Virus record (IMG/VR): IMGVR_UViG_3300029305_003568
Reading direction: 5' to 3' (one strand)
DNA: 39,268 nucleotides
Source: a virus
The notes below the pieces were generated by a model. The model had not been told where the DNA came from. It ran no database searches and was given only the letters and a program-made list of their open reading frames with translations. Positions 15,283 to 23,517 of the stretch are shown in pieces. The position numbers were made by a program, and so were the translations under genes. The stretch's first letter is position 1; each line of letters opens with the position of its first letter.

Positions 15283-16056
15283 ATGGCAATATATAGAAAT
15301 GTGCATGTATCTTTTTGGAACGATACAAAAATAATTGATGAAATGACCCCAGAAGATAGATATTTTATGCTTTATATATTAAGTAACCCTCATACAAACC
15401 AAGTAGGGTGCTATGAAATAAGTATTAGAGACATATCAAAAGAGACTGGATATACAGAAGAAAGTGTAAGAAAATTATTAGATAGATTCGAGAAGAAATT
15501 AAAAGTTGCAAGGTATTCTAAGAAGACAAAAGAGCTATTAGTTCTTAACTGGTACAAATATAATTGGACAAGTAGTCCTAAAGTAAGAGCGTGTATAGAA
15601 AAGGAGCTTAAAACCGTTAAAAACAAAGAATTTATAGAATTTATAAATACTGTATGCATACCCTATATATACCCTATGTATACACATACGCAAGAAGAAC
15701 AAGAAAAAGAACAAGAAGAAGAACAAGAAAAAAATAATTATATATATATATCTGTCATTGACTATTTAAATCAAAAAACATCTAAAAATTTTAAATCAAC
15801 AAGTCAAAAAACACAAAAATTAATTCACGCTAGAGTAAAAGAAGGTTTTACTTTAGAAGATTTTCAAAAAGTTATAGATATAAAAACTTCCCAATGGATT
15901 AATAGCAAAGAAATGAGTAAATATTTAAGACCAGAAACTCTATTTGGAACTAAATTTGAAGGATATTTAAATGAGTATGTAGAGCCTAAATATGCAGAAC
16001 AGGATGAATATATTAATGAATATAAAGAAATAGAGGAGCGATTCAATGGAAGATAA
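15283..16056 (+). CDS. Phage replisome organizer (DnaD-like C-terminal domain)
   Basis: The N-terminal YRNVHVSFWNDTKIIDEMTPEDRYFMLYILSNPHTNQVGCYEIS and C-terminal VIDYLNQKTSKNFKSTSQKTQKLIHARVKEGFTLEDFQKVI...LRPETLFGTKFEGYLNE resemble phage replisome-organizer families. Lies directly upstream of dnaB. Confidence 0.8.
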   Translation: MAIYRNVHVSFWNDTKIIDEMTPEDRYFMLYILSNPHTNQVGCYEISIRDISKETGYTEESVRKLLDRFEKKLKVARYSKKTKELLVLNWYKYNWTSSPKVRACIEKELKTVKNKEFIEFINTVCIPYIYPMYTHTQEEQEKEQEEEQEKNNYIYISVIDYLNQKTSKNFKSTSQKTQKLIHARVKEGFTLEDFQKVIDIKTSQWINSKEMSKYLRPETLFGTKFEGYLNEYVEPKYAEQDEYINEYKEIEERFNGR

Positions 16057-17335
16057 TATGATGAATTCAAAAGAAGCGGAAGAAAATATTATAATATCGA
16101 TTTTAGTAGACGAAAATAATCAGAAGTATATATCAAAACTTGACACAAAAGATTTTTATTATCCTGCAAATCGTAAAATATTTGAACTAATAGAAGAACT
16201 AAAAATCAAAGGAGAAACAATAGATATTTTAACTGTCAAAGAATTAGGGGTAAATAAGAAATACGATGGAACAAAGTTATTAACGATAATGTCAGAAATG
16301 TCGGACAGATTAATACATTCTTCGAATATAGAACAATATATAAGAATTGTAAAGAATTTAAGTATGAAACGAAAAATCTATAGCATATCAAAATTAATAT
16401 GTGAGGAAATTGCAGAAACTGATATTAACAAAGATGAGTTGGAAATTAAAAATGATATAATACAAAAATTTTTAGATTTAAAAACACAAGACAATAAAAG
16501 TATTAAAGAGATGAGTGACATTATGATAACAACAGTAAAAGATATTGAGGCTAAATATCAAAAAAGAGATGATTTAAGATATAGAACAGGTTATTTGGAT
16601 TTAGACAGAATAATAGAGGGGTTACATGAGCAAGAATTTACAATAATTGCTGCAAGACCTGGAGTTGGAAAAACAGCTTTTGCTTTACAAATGGCAGAAC
16701 ATATTGCTAGAAAAGGAGTATATACATATTTTGTTAGTCTTGAGATGTCAGATAAACAATTAGGTAATAGAATGATCGCAAGAGAAGCTGGAATAGACGG
16801 ACATATTCTTAGATGCGGTTGGCTTACTGATGAACATTTTGCAAAAATTGGAGAAAAGGCAGCAGAAATATCTAGTATAAAAATGTCTATAGATACAGAA
16901 CTAGCTACCATTCAAGAAATCGAAAATAGAGCAACAGAGTTAAAACAAGAAAAGAATTTAGGATTAATAGTTATAGATTACTTGCAACTTTTAAAAAGTA
17001 AAACAAAATTCTCAGCTAGAGAACAAGAGGTAGCAGACATAAGCAGAAGATTAAAATTATTATCTAAAAGACTAGATATACCTATTATTGCATTATGCCA
17101 ATTAAATAGAGAAACAGAGAAAAGAAGAAGACCGCTTCTATCAGATTTAAGAGAAAGTGGAAGTTTAGAACAAGATGCTGATAATGTGATTTTTTTATAT
17201 ATTGAAGAAGAAGAAAAAATTAAAAACAGAATGATAGGTGTTGAAGTTATAGTTGCAAAACAGAGAAATGGACCAACAGGAACAGTAAAAATTAATTTTA
17301 ATAAACAGCAAATGAAATTTGAAAATATGAGGTGA
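16046..17335 (+). CDS. dnaB: Replicative DNA helicase DnaB
   Basis: AEENIIISIL N-terminus, Walker A PGVGKTAFALQ, SLEMS, IDYLQLL, CQLNRETEKR...LSDLRESGSLEQDADNVIFL. Confidence 0.95.
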   Translation: MEDNMMNSKEAEENIIISILVDENNQKYISKLDTKDFYYPANRKIFELIEELKIKGETIDILTVKELGVNKKYDGTKLLTIMSEMSDRLIHSSNIEQYIRIVKNLSMKRKIYSISKLICEEIAETDINKDELEIKNDIIQKFLDLKTQDNKSIKEMSDIMITTVKDIEAKYQKRDDLRYRTGYLDLDRIIEGLHEQEFTIIAARPGVGKTAFALQMAEHIARKGVYTYFVSLEMSDKQLGNRMIAREAGIDGHILRCGWLTDEHFAKIGEKAAEISSIKMSIDTELATIQEIENRATELKQEKNLGLIVIDYLQLLKSKTKFSAREQEVADISRRLKLLSKRLDIPIIALCQLNRETEKRRRPLLSDLRESGSLEQDADNVIFLYIEEEEKIKNRMIGVEVIVAKQRNGPTGTVKINFNKQQMKFENMR

Positions 17336-17453
17336 TGTGATTCTATGAAATATATAAGCGTGGAAGATTTTAAAAAAATGCCTGATAAGATAAAAGCGAG
17401 AATATGTATAGAAATTATAAAAGGTCAAACAAAATTAATTAAGGAGTAAACAA

Positions 17454-17747
17454 ATGTCGAAAAACAATATAGTAGAAATAAGAGTAAAAGAAATATTAGA
17501 GAATTATCCTAGAACAAGAGAAAATGATAATTTACTTTATGTTACATATGTTGAGGAATATTACTATATAGAATTTAGTAAAGAGAAGTTTATAAATTAT
17601 AAAGAATATGGATTACCAAGTTTCAAATCAGTAGAAAGAGCTAGAAGAAAAATACAAAACGAATACAATTATTATAAGGCATCTGAAGAAATCGAAAAAG
17701 AAAGAAAAGAAGCGGAAAAATATTATATAAACCACTATTATGATTAA
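17454..17747 (+). CDS. Hypothetical protein
   Basis: RBS AAGGAG; 97 aa, Tyr/Glu-rich. Confidence 0.55.
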   Translation: MSKNNIVEIRVKEILENYPRTRENDNLLYVTYVEEYYYIEFSKEKFINYKEYGLPSFKSVERARRKIQNEYNYYKASEEIEKERKEAEKYYINHYYD

Positions 17748-17763
17748 TGGAGATGACTAAGTA

Positions 17764-17967
17764 ATGAGTAAGATTATAATTTGGAATAAAGATAATTTTT
17801 TAATAGCAGATTTAGATGGAAAGATAACAAAAGATTGTGACTATAGAATAGTTAAATTTAAAGAATTTAAGTTAATGAAAAGTCAAAGTATTAAAAAACA
17901 AATTAGGAAAATAGAAGCGGTTATTAAGTATTCAAGTATGAAACTTGAGGAAAAGGAACAAAAGTAA
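17764..17967 (+). CDS. Hypothetical protein
   Basis: Compactly spaced ORF in the early operon. Confidence 0.45.
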   Translation: MSKIIIWNKDNFLIADLDGKITKDCDYRIVKFKEFKLMKSQSIKKQIRKIEAVIKYSSMKLEEKEQK

Positions 17968-17968
17968 A

Positions 17969-18142
17969 ATGAAAAGATTATGTTCAATGTGCAGAGAAAG
18001 TAAAGAAGAAACAGAGTTTTATTATTATAAAAAGCTAGATAGATATAATGCTTATTGTAAGAACTGCTATAGATTATATCAAAAAGAATATAAAAGGATT
18101 TATAGAGAAAGGAAAAGAGAAAATGAAAGAATTTACACTTAA
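17969..18142 (+). CDS. Small zinc-ribbon protein (57 aa)
   Basis: MKRLCSMCRESKEETEFYYYKKLDRYNAYCKNCYRLYQKEY has two CxxC pairs. The ATG at 17969 is preferred over the track start at 17945. Confidence 0.45.
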   Translation: MKRLCSMCRESKEETEFYYYKKLDRYNAYCKNCYRLYQKEYKRIYRERKRENERIYT

Positions 18143-18557
18143 AGAACAAATTTATATTTGTAAAAATGCAAATTCAAAAACATTAGAACAAATCGCAATA
18201 GCAACAGTATCAACAATTACTGATGTAAGAAATGAATTTAATATTATGAAAAAAGATGGACGATATGAAAAATATAGGAAGATGTCGGATATAGAAATAC
18301 AACAGCTTATCGATACACAAAACAATGCTAGTGGAAATGAAGAAAGTTCTAACAATAACACTTTATTAGAATTAAATAAATATTTATTTGATGAGTTAAG
18401 GTCATTAATGGATGAGTCTTTAAGTGAAGAAGAATTAAATAGAGAATTAAAAATATCAAAACAGGTTGTAAGTGTATCTCAAACAATAATTAATAACGCA
18501 AACTTATTATTACAAGCAAAAAAAACATATAGATACAACAAAAGAAGAAAACAATAA
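18123..18557 (+). CDS. Hypothetical protein (144 aa)
   Basis: ATG at 18123 after GGAAAAGAGA. The track start at 18048 lies inside the previous gene. Confidence 0.5.
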   Translation: MKEFTLKEQIYICKNANSKTLEQIAIATVSTITDVRNEFNIMKKDGRYEKYRKMSDIEIQQLIDTQNNASGNEESSNNNTLLELNKYLFDELRSLMDESLSEEELNRELKISKQVVSVSQTIINNANLLLQAKKTYRYNKRRKQ

Positions 18558-18590
18558 AATAGCACCTCTGTTAAGCTTAGGAGATTAGAA

Positions 18591-19091
18591 ATGAGTAAAA
18601 ACATATTTAATGAGGAGCATAAAAGATTTATACAAGATAATGCAATAGGAGTAAGAAACGAAGAATTAACTAATATGTTAAATAAAGAATTTGGTACAGA
18701 GTTTACAATAGGACAAATAAAGAAAATCAAAAATTATCATCATATAAGCAGTGGGTTTAAAAGTTGTAATTTACCAGTAGGAAGTGAAAGAGAAAGTAAA
18801 GGCTATATAGTAGTAAAAGTAGCAGAACCTAATGTATGGATAGAAAAACACAGATATATATATAAAAGTATGTATGGAAACATACCTACTGGACACAAAG
18901 TAATATTTGCAGACGGAAACAAAAGAAATTTTGATTTAGACAATTTAATATTAGTGACTGATTCTGAAGCATTAATTATGAATACAAATAAATTGATATA
19001 TGAAAATGCAGAGCTAACAAAAACAGGTGCATTAATAGCAAAAGTTATAGATAGAACAAACAAAATAAAAAAGAAAGGAATAAAAGTGTAA
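18591..19091 (+). CDS. HNH_3-like homing-endonuclease-type protein (degenerate catalytic motif)
   Basis: KGYIVVKVAEPNVWIEKHRYIYKSMYGNIPTGHKVIFADGNKRNFDLDNLILVTDSE resembles the HNH_3 family, but the usual first His is replaced (IFADGN). Confidence 0.6.
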   Translation: MSKNIFNEEHKRFIQDNAIGVRNEELTNMLNKEFGTEFTIGQIKKIKNYHHISSGFKSCNLPVGSERESKGYIVVKVAEPNVWIEKHRYIYKSMYGNIPTGHKVIFADGNKRNFDLDNLILVTDSEALIMNTNKLIYENAELTKTGALIAKVIDRTNKIKKKGIKV

Positions 19092-19092
19092 T

Positions 19093-19368
19093 ATGGGATA
19101 TTACAAAAAGACTTGTAAAACCTGTATAAACCTATGCAATAAAAGAGGAGAAGTATGTGGTAAATTATGTGAGAATTACAAAGGCGAAGTACAGGAAATG
19201 TTAAGGGAAATAGATATAATGCTTGAAGATATGGAAGAAGAATTTTGGGCAGAGCAAGAAAGATTAAGAGAAGAAGAAAAAATAACAAAATTACTTGAAG
19301 AAGGTTATATGGACTTCGAACGGAATGAGATAGGAGGAGCAAATGGAAGTAACAGACAAAGTTATTAG
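19093..19368 (+). CDS. Hypothetical Cys-rich/acidic protein. It contains an in-frame CGG at 19321, so the end is either 19368 (zero frame) or 19333 (after a +1 shift).
   Basis: Zero frame: ...YMDFE-R-NEIGGANGSNRQSY*, overlapping the next gene by 26 nt. +1 frame: ...YMDFE-GMR*, stopping in the RBS of the next gene. Confidence 0.45.
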   Translation: MGYYKKTCKTCINLCNKRGEVCGKLCENYKGEVQEMLREIDIMLEDMEEEFWAEQERLREEEKITKLLEEGYMDFERNEIGGANGSNRQSY

Positions 19369-19564
19369 ACAATTTATTGATTTAGACAATAATAAATATG
19401 TTATACGAAGAAAAACTAATGGCCATTATTACTTAGTAAAATTTGAAAAAAATACAGGGAAAACAGTAGCAATGAGAAAAAAAGAAATATTTATTTATTT
19501 GCAAGAAATTTATAAACAAAAAGGATTGAAAGAAATAGATGAGAAATTGAAGGAGGAAATATGA
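19343..19564 (+). CDS. Hypothetical protein
   Basis: RBS AGGAGG 6 nt upstream. Confidence 0.55.
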   Translation: MEVTDKVIRQFIDLDNNKYVIRRKTNGHYYLVKFEKNTGKTVAMRKKEIFIYLQEIYKQKGLKEIDEKLKEEI

Positions 19565-20223
19565 AAATATTAGTAGCTTGTGAAGAAAGCCAAGCAGTAA
19601 CAATAGAATTAAGAAAACTAGGTCACGAAGCATACAGTTGCGACATTATAGATTGTTCTGGTGGATATGAAGAATGGCACATTAAAGAAGATGTATTACC
19701 TTTACTAAATGGTAAATGCGAATTTAAAACTTGCGATGGCGTAGTACATAAAATAGAAGATAGATGGGATATGATTATAGCGTTTCCTCCTTGTACACAT
19801 TTATGTAATTCAGGTCAAAGATGGTTTACAGAAGGGAAAAAACCTATGAATTTGCAAAGAGAAGCTATTGCGTTTTTCTATAAATTTGTTATGGCTGATT
19901 GCGAAAAAATAGCAATAGAAAATCCAGTAGGGATAATGTCTAGTTGTTATAGAAGACCAAATCAAATAATAAATCCTTATGAATTTGGAGACACAGAATG
20001 TAAAAAAACTTGTTTATGGCTGAAGGGATTGCCTAATTTAGTGTCAACAAACATAATCCCGAAAGAACAAAGAACTCAAAATATATGGAAAGCAAATTTT
20101 AATGGAAAACAATATGCGTGGAATGACCCAGAAGTTGCAAAGTTAAGAAGTAAAACATTTCCAGGTATAGCAAAAGCTATGGCTGAACAATGGACAAACT
20201 GTTATAAAGTAAAGGAGGAATAG
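19561..20223 (+). CDS. DNA C5-cytosine-methyltransferase-like protein
   Basis: FPPCTHLCNSG (Pro-Cys motif), IENPVG (ENV-like motif) and the C-terminal RSKTFPGIAKAMAEQW resemble a short phage C5-MTase-like family. Assignment is by motif only. Confidence 0.5.
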   Translation: MKILVACEESQAVTIELRKLGHEAYSCDIIDCSGGYEEWHIKEDVLPLLNGKCEFKTCDGVVHKIEDRWDMIIAFPPCTHLCNSGQRWFTEGKKPMNLQREAIAFFYKFVMADCEKIAIENPVGIMSSCYRRPNQIINPYEFGDTECKKTCLWLKGLPNLVSTNIIPKEQRTQNIWKANFNGKQYAWNDPEVAKLRSKTFPGIAKAMAEQWTNCYKVKEE

Positions 20224-20225
20224 AC

Positions 20226-20457
20226 TTGGAAAAGCTATGTAAAAATTGTAAACATTATTCTCCATTTGAAGGAGAAAAACAAGAATGTTTTGGAGAGTGT
20301 GGATGTCCAAAGTTTAAATATGATTATGCATATAACTGGGAAGAAAGACGGATTAGGAAAAGATAATCTATTATATATGGATTATGAAGGGTACAATGCA
20401 GGAATTGAAGTAGGAGAAGAATTTGGGTGTATTCATTTTGAAGTAAAGGAGGAATAA
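20226..20457 (+). CDS. Small Cys-rich protein, 76 aa if C20349 of an in-frame CGG is skipped (20226..20348 + 20350..20457); TTG start
   Basis: AAGGAGG RBS 7 nt before the TTG at 20226. MEKLCKNCKHYSPFEGEKQECFGECGCPKFKYDYAYNWEER-CGG, then the zero frame stops after 4 codons. The +1 frame continues GLGKDNLLYMDYEGYNAGIEVGEEFGCIHFEVKEE*. The track ORF 20266..20457 has no RBS and an implausible N-terminus. Confidence 0.6.
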
Positions 20458-20461
20458 GTTA

Positions 20462-20686
20462 ATGGCAATAGATGAAATATTAAAAACATATGCAGATAGA
20501 ATTAAGAAAATAAATTATGAATTAGTACCATTAAAGGATGGAAAACTACATTTCTATAACGATAAAAAGGAGAAAGAAATAACACTAGATACTAGGAATA
20601 TTTGGAGTATTAAAAGACTAACAAAGGAAGAGAAAGACGTATTTTTTGACCTTTTTGAAGAATTAACAGGAATAGCAAAGAGGTAA
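20462..20686 (+). CDS. Hypothetical protein
   Basis: RBS AAGGAGG; 74 aa. Confidence 0.55.
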   Translation: MAIDEILKTYADRIKKINYELVPLKDGKLHFYNDKKEKEITLDTRNIWSIKRLTKEEKDVFFDLFEELTGIAKR

Positions 20687-20699
20687 ATGAGGAATAGAG

Positions 20700-20900
20700 T
20701 TGGAGACAGAATTTGAACTAAAAGCAGACGGATATGCAAGAATAGAAGTAAAACGAGGTAAATCAATTATAAAAATAGGAGATATGAATTTAGGTGGAAC
20801 AGAGATAAAGATAGAAGTATCAACAAAATTTAATTGGTTACAAAAGAAATTATGGAAATATCTATTAAATATAGATATTCAAGATATTAAGGAGGAATAG
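20700..20900 (+). CDS. Hypothetical protein (TTG start)
   Basis: TGAGGAATAGAG-TTG junction, a variant of the repeated AAGGAGGAATAGAG-TTG junction. Confidence 0.5.
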   Translation: METEFELKADGYARIEVKRGKSIIKIGDMNLGGTEIKIEVSTKFNWLQKKLWKYLLNIDIQDIKEE

Positions 20901-20902
20901 AG

Positions 20903-21406
20903 TTGGAAGAAGAGATAAAGATATTAGAAGAAAAAATAAAACAATTTAAAGCATATAAAAGCAATGTATATGATATTAATTTTGGGGAAATGATGAAGAG
21001 ATTAATTCTTAATGGAAAAGAAGTACAAACATTAGAAAACCTACTAACAAGATATAAACAACTAGAAGAAGAAAATAAGACATTAAAGAAAGTAAAATCA
21101 GATGAACTTATAATTAACAATCCGTGGCTATTCGAATATCTAAATGAATTATATATATTTAAGGGCAAAGTAAAAGAAAAGATAGATAAAATAAATGAAA
21201 GAATAAAGTATTTACATACAGAAATAAATAAATGTGTTGAAGAAAGAGAAAAATTAGGAACTGAAACAGATATTGATAATAATGAAACTCTTATATTTCA
21301 TTTAGAAGATGAGAAAGAAGAGTTATACGCAAAAAAACAAGGTTTACAAGAACTTTTAAGAGAGGAGGAGGGAAGATGTGTAAGTATTGTGAAAAAAGAG
21401 CTTTAA
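20903..21406 (+). CDS. Hypothetical coiled-coil protein (TTG start)
   Basis: AAGGAGGAATAGAG-TTG junction; heptad-rich, 167 aa. Confidence 0.55.
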   Translation: MEEEIKILEEKIKQFKAYKSNVYDINFGEMMKRLILNGKEVQTLENLLTRYKQLEEENKTLKKVKSDELIINNPWLFEYLNELYIFKGKVKEKIDKINERIKYLHTEINKCVEEREKLGTETDIDNNETLIFHLEDEKEELYAKKQGLQELLREEEGRCVSIVKKEL

Positions 21407-21570
21407 ATAAAAAACAATTAGATATAGATAATGATGAAAGACAGTATTATAAAGTATTTCTACCACCTAATCAACAACCATTATTAAATGTTGTTTTAAA
21501 TGCAGAAGATGAAGATGGTTATACAGCAAATAGTTATTTCGAAATAAACTACTGCCCAAAGTGTCGGTAG
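21376..21570 (+). CDS. Small zinc-ribbon protein. An in-frame CGG at 21565 sits directly before the stop; the alternative end is 21586 after a +1 shift.
   Basis: MCKYCEKR...YCPKC-CGG-TAG. RBS GAGGAGGAGGG. A +1 shift would give ...CPKC-GRKLGG*. Confidence 0.5.
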   Translation: MCKYCEKRALNKKQLDIDNDERQYYKVFLPPNQQPLLNVVLNAEDEDGYTANSYFEINYCPKCR

Positions 21571-21594
21571 GAAGTTAGGAGGTTAAATATAAAT

Positions 21595-21867
21595 ATGCAA
21601 CATACTAGAAATGAAATAAAAGAAACACACATAAGCAGACTTCAAGAAAGATATAACACTTTATATAAGAGTAATAAGGAATTGAAAAACAAATATGAAG
21701 AATTATCTCATTTTGCAATAGAAACAGCTTTTAGTAATTTAAATGATGATGTTGAATTACTATTAAGATGTTTAAAAAGGCAAGGACTTGTAGAGTTTCA
21801 CGAAAACGAATATATAAATCCTTTAAATGATGAAAATTATTTAAAAACAAGGGAGTTAGGAGGTTAA
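21595..21867 (+). CDS. Hypothetical protein, bracketed by identical 25-bp junctions
   Basis: RBS inside the repeat AGTTAGGAGGTTAAATATAAATATG (21573..21597 and 21854..21878). Confidence 0.55.
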   Translation: MQHTRNEIKETHISRLQERYNTLYKSNKELKNKYEELSHFAIETAFSNLNDDVELLLRCLKRQGLVEFHENEYINPLNDENYLKTRELGG

Positions 21868-21875
21868 ATATAAAT

Positions 21876-22178
21876 ATGAATAGACCCCAAAGAAGAAAAA
21901 TGGAAAGAAAATATGGCAAAGAATTTACAATGCAAAAATACAGAGAAGAAGCAATAGAACAAGGAGCAAAACAGGGAGCAAGAACAACAGTAGAAATGAT
22001 TTTATATATGACAGCTTATACAATTTCATACAAGCTAGGACTAGGAAAAAAGAGATTACCGCAAATAATGAATTATATAATAGAAAATATAGATGCATAT
22101 AATACAGGACATTTAAGTTTACAAGACTATGACGAGATAAAAAAACAAATGAATGAATTAGGATTTTTTGTTAAGTAG
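21876..22178 (+). CDS. Hypothetical protein
   Basis: Same repeated RBS junction; 100 aa. Confidence 0.55.
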   Translation: MNRPQRRKMERKYGKEFTMQKYREEAIEQGAKQGARTTVEMILYMTAYTISYKLGLGKKRLPQIMNYIIENIDAYNTGHLSLQDYDEIKKQMNELGFFVK

Positions 22179-22191
22179 GAGGTGTGAGAAT

Positions 22192-22374
22192 ATGGAACAA
22201 AAAGAAATAACAATATCAATGGAAGAATATAAAGAATTGTTAATAATAAAGGGTAAATATGAGGAATTAAAACAAAATTCACTTTATATTGGAACATTTA
22301 CAACTAAAGAAAGTCCAATAAAAGAAAGTCCTTATGGTGGACCAATTATAAGTTATTGTCGTAAAGAGGAGTGA
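22192..22374 (+). CDS. Hypothetical protein (60 aa)
   Basis: ATG at 22192 after AGGAGGTG; the track start at 22168 is less likely. Confidence 0.45.
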   Translation: MEQKEITISMEEYKELLIIKGKYEELKQNSLYIGTFTTKESPIKESPYGGPIISYCRKEE

Positions 22375-22379
22375 TACCA

Positions 22380-22604
22380 ATGAATAACGATATAGAAAAC
22401 TTAATAGAAGCTATGACAAAAGTAAGATTAGAAATGTTAAACGAAGAAGCAACAAAATTATTTAATACAATTATGAGAATACTAGATGAAAGAGATAGTT
22501 TAATAACTGAACGAGATTATTATAAAAAAATGTATTTAGAATTTAATGAGGGTATGTTAGCAGGTATGAAAGTTATTGAGGAAAGAGATAAACAAAAGAG
22601 GTGA
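22380..22604 (+). CDS. Hypothetical protein
   Basis: ATG at 22380, 9 nt after GAGGAG. Confidence 0.45.
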   Translation: MNNDIENLIEAMTKVRLEMLNEEATKLFNTIMRILDERDSLITERDYYKKMYLEFNEGMLAGMKVIEERDKQKR

Positions 22605-22608
22605 TTAT

Positions 22609-22884
22609 ATGCACGATGATGAAAACCTAAGATATGTAAGTAATAAAATAATAAACTTAACACCAATAGAAAATGAAGTGTTAAAAACACTTATAGAAAA
22701 TAAGGGGCATATAACAACATACGAAAGATTAATAGAGGTATGTAAAAATAAAGAGAATGCTAGAACAAAGATAAAATCATTAAGGAAGAAGTTAAAAGGG
22801 GAAATAGAAATAGTTACAAAAACTAAACTGGGTTATTGTATAAATAAACAAAAGAAAGAGGTGGAATATGGACAGATTAAATAA
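22609..22884 (+). CDS. Winged-helix (OmpR/PhoB C-terminal-like) DNA-binding protein
   Basis: LTPIENEVLKTLIENKGHITTYERLIE...LRKKLKGEIEIVTKTKLGYCI. ATG at 22609 after AGAGGTGA. Confidence 0.6.
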   Translation: MHDDENLRYVSNKIINLTPIENEVLKTLIENKGHITTYERLIEVCKNKENARTKIKSLRKKLKGEIEIVTKTKLGYCINKQKKEVEYGQIK

Positions 22885-23300
22885 AGAAGATTATAGAAAA
22901 GCCAATAGGTGTTTAAAAGAATATAATTACAATTGTATAAATATAATAAATATACAACAAGATATATTAAGTTTGAGCATAGCACCAACAGATGGACTTC
23001 CAAGAGCACCATTTTCAGTAGGAAATACTGTATTAAATAAAGTTATAAATTTAGAAGAAAATAAAGATTTGCAAAAACATATTAAAGAATATAAAGCAGT
23101 ACAACAGGCATTAATATTAATTAATGATAAAATTACTTATGAAATATTTGAAGAAGAATATCAGAAGCGGAGAAAATAATAAGTGGAATATTATAGATAA
23201 ATTACATATTAGCGAAGATATATATAAGAGAAGAAAGAGAAAACTTATATATGCAGTGCATAATGAATTAAATAAATTAGAAGCGGACTTACAGCCATAA
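22868..23300 (+). CDS. ArpU/RinA-like late transcriptional regulator, 143 aa if C23168 of an in-frame CGG is skipped (22868..23167 + 23169..23300)
   Basis: The N-terminal MDRLNKEDYRKANRCLKEYNYNCINI... is ArpU-like. The zero frame reads ...EEEYQK-CGG-AGA-AAA-TAA. The +1 frame continues GENNKWNIIDKLHISEDIYKRRKRKLIYAVHNELNKLEADLQP*, the expected sigma-region-4-like C-terminal HTH. Position is just before the late/packaging genes. Confidence 0.75.
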
Positions 23301-23317
23301 TGGTTGTAAGTTTTTTT
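23288..23317 (+). terminator. Rho-independent terminator at the end of the early region
   Basis: CTTACAGCCA-taa-TGGTTGTAAG (one G-U pair) followed by TTTTTTT. The shifted ArpU stop codon lies in the loop. Confidence 0.75.
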
Positions 23318-23336
23318 AAAAAAATAATAAAAAGTA

Positions 23337-23365
23337 TTGACATACTACGCGCAGTATAGTATAAT
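23337..23365 (+). promoter_or_regulatory. Consensus sigma-70 promoter at the start of the late/packaging region
   Basis: TTGACA, 17 nt (tactacgcgcagtatag), TATAAT. Confidence 0.7.
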
Positions 23366-23397
23366 ATATACATACCAAGAGGAAAGGGGGCGAGAAA

Positions 23398-23517
23398 ATG
23401 TTACTAAAGAAACTACTAAGAAAAAGAAAAAAGCCGACCTTCATAGAGAAAGTCGACAAGTGGCAAACAGAAATGTACTTATACAAACTTGAGCAAGAAC
23501 GTAAAGCACTTAAGTAA
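23398..23517 (+). CDS. Small basic ORF (39 aa)
   Basis: RBS GGAAAGGGGG. MLLKKLLRKRKKPTFIEKVDKWQTEMYLYKLEQERKALK. Preferred over the antisense track ORF 23316..23522. Confidence 0.4.
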   Translation: MLLKKLLRKRKKPTFIEKVDKWQTEMYLYKLEQERKALK

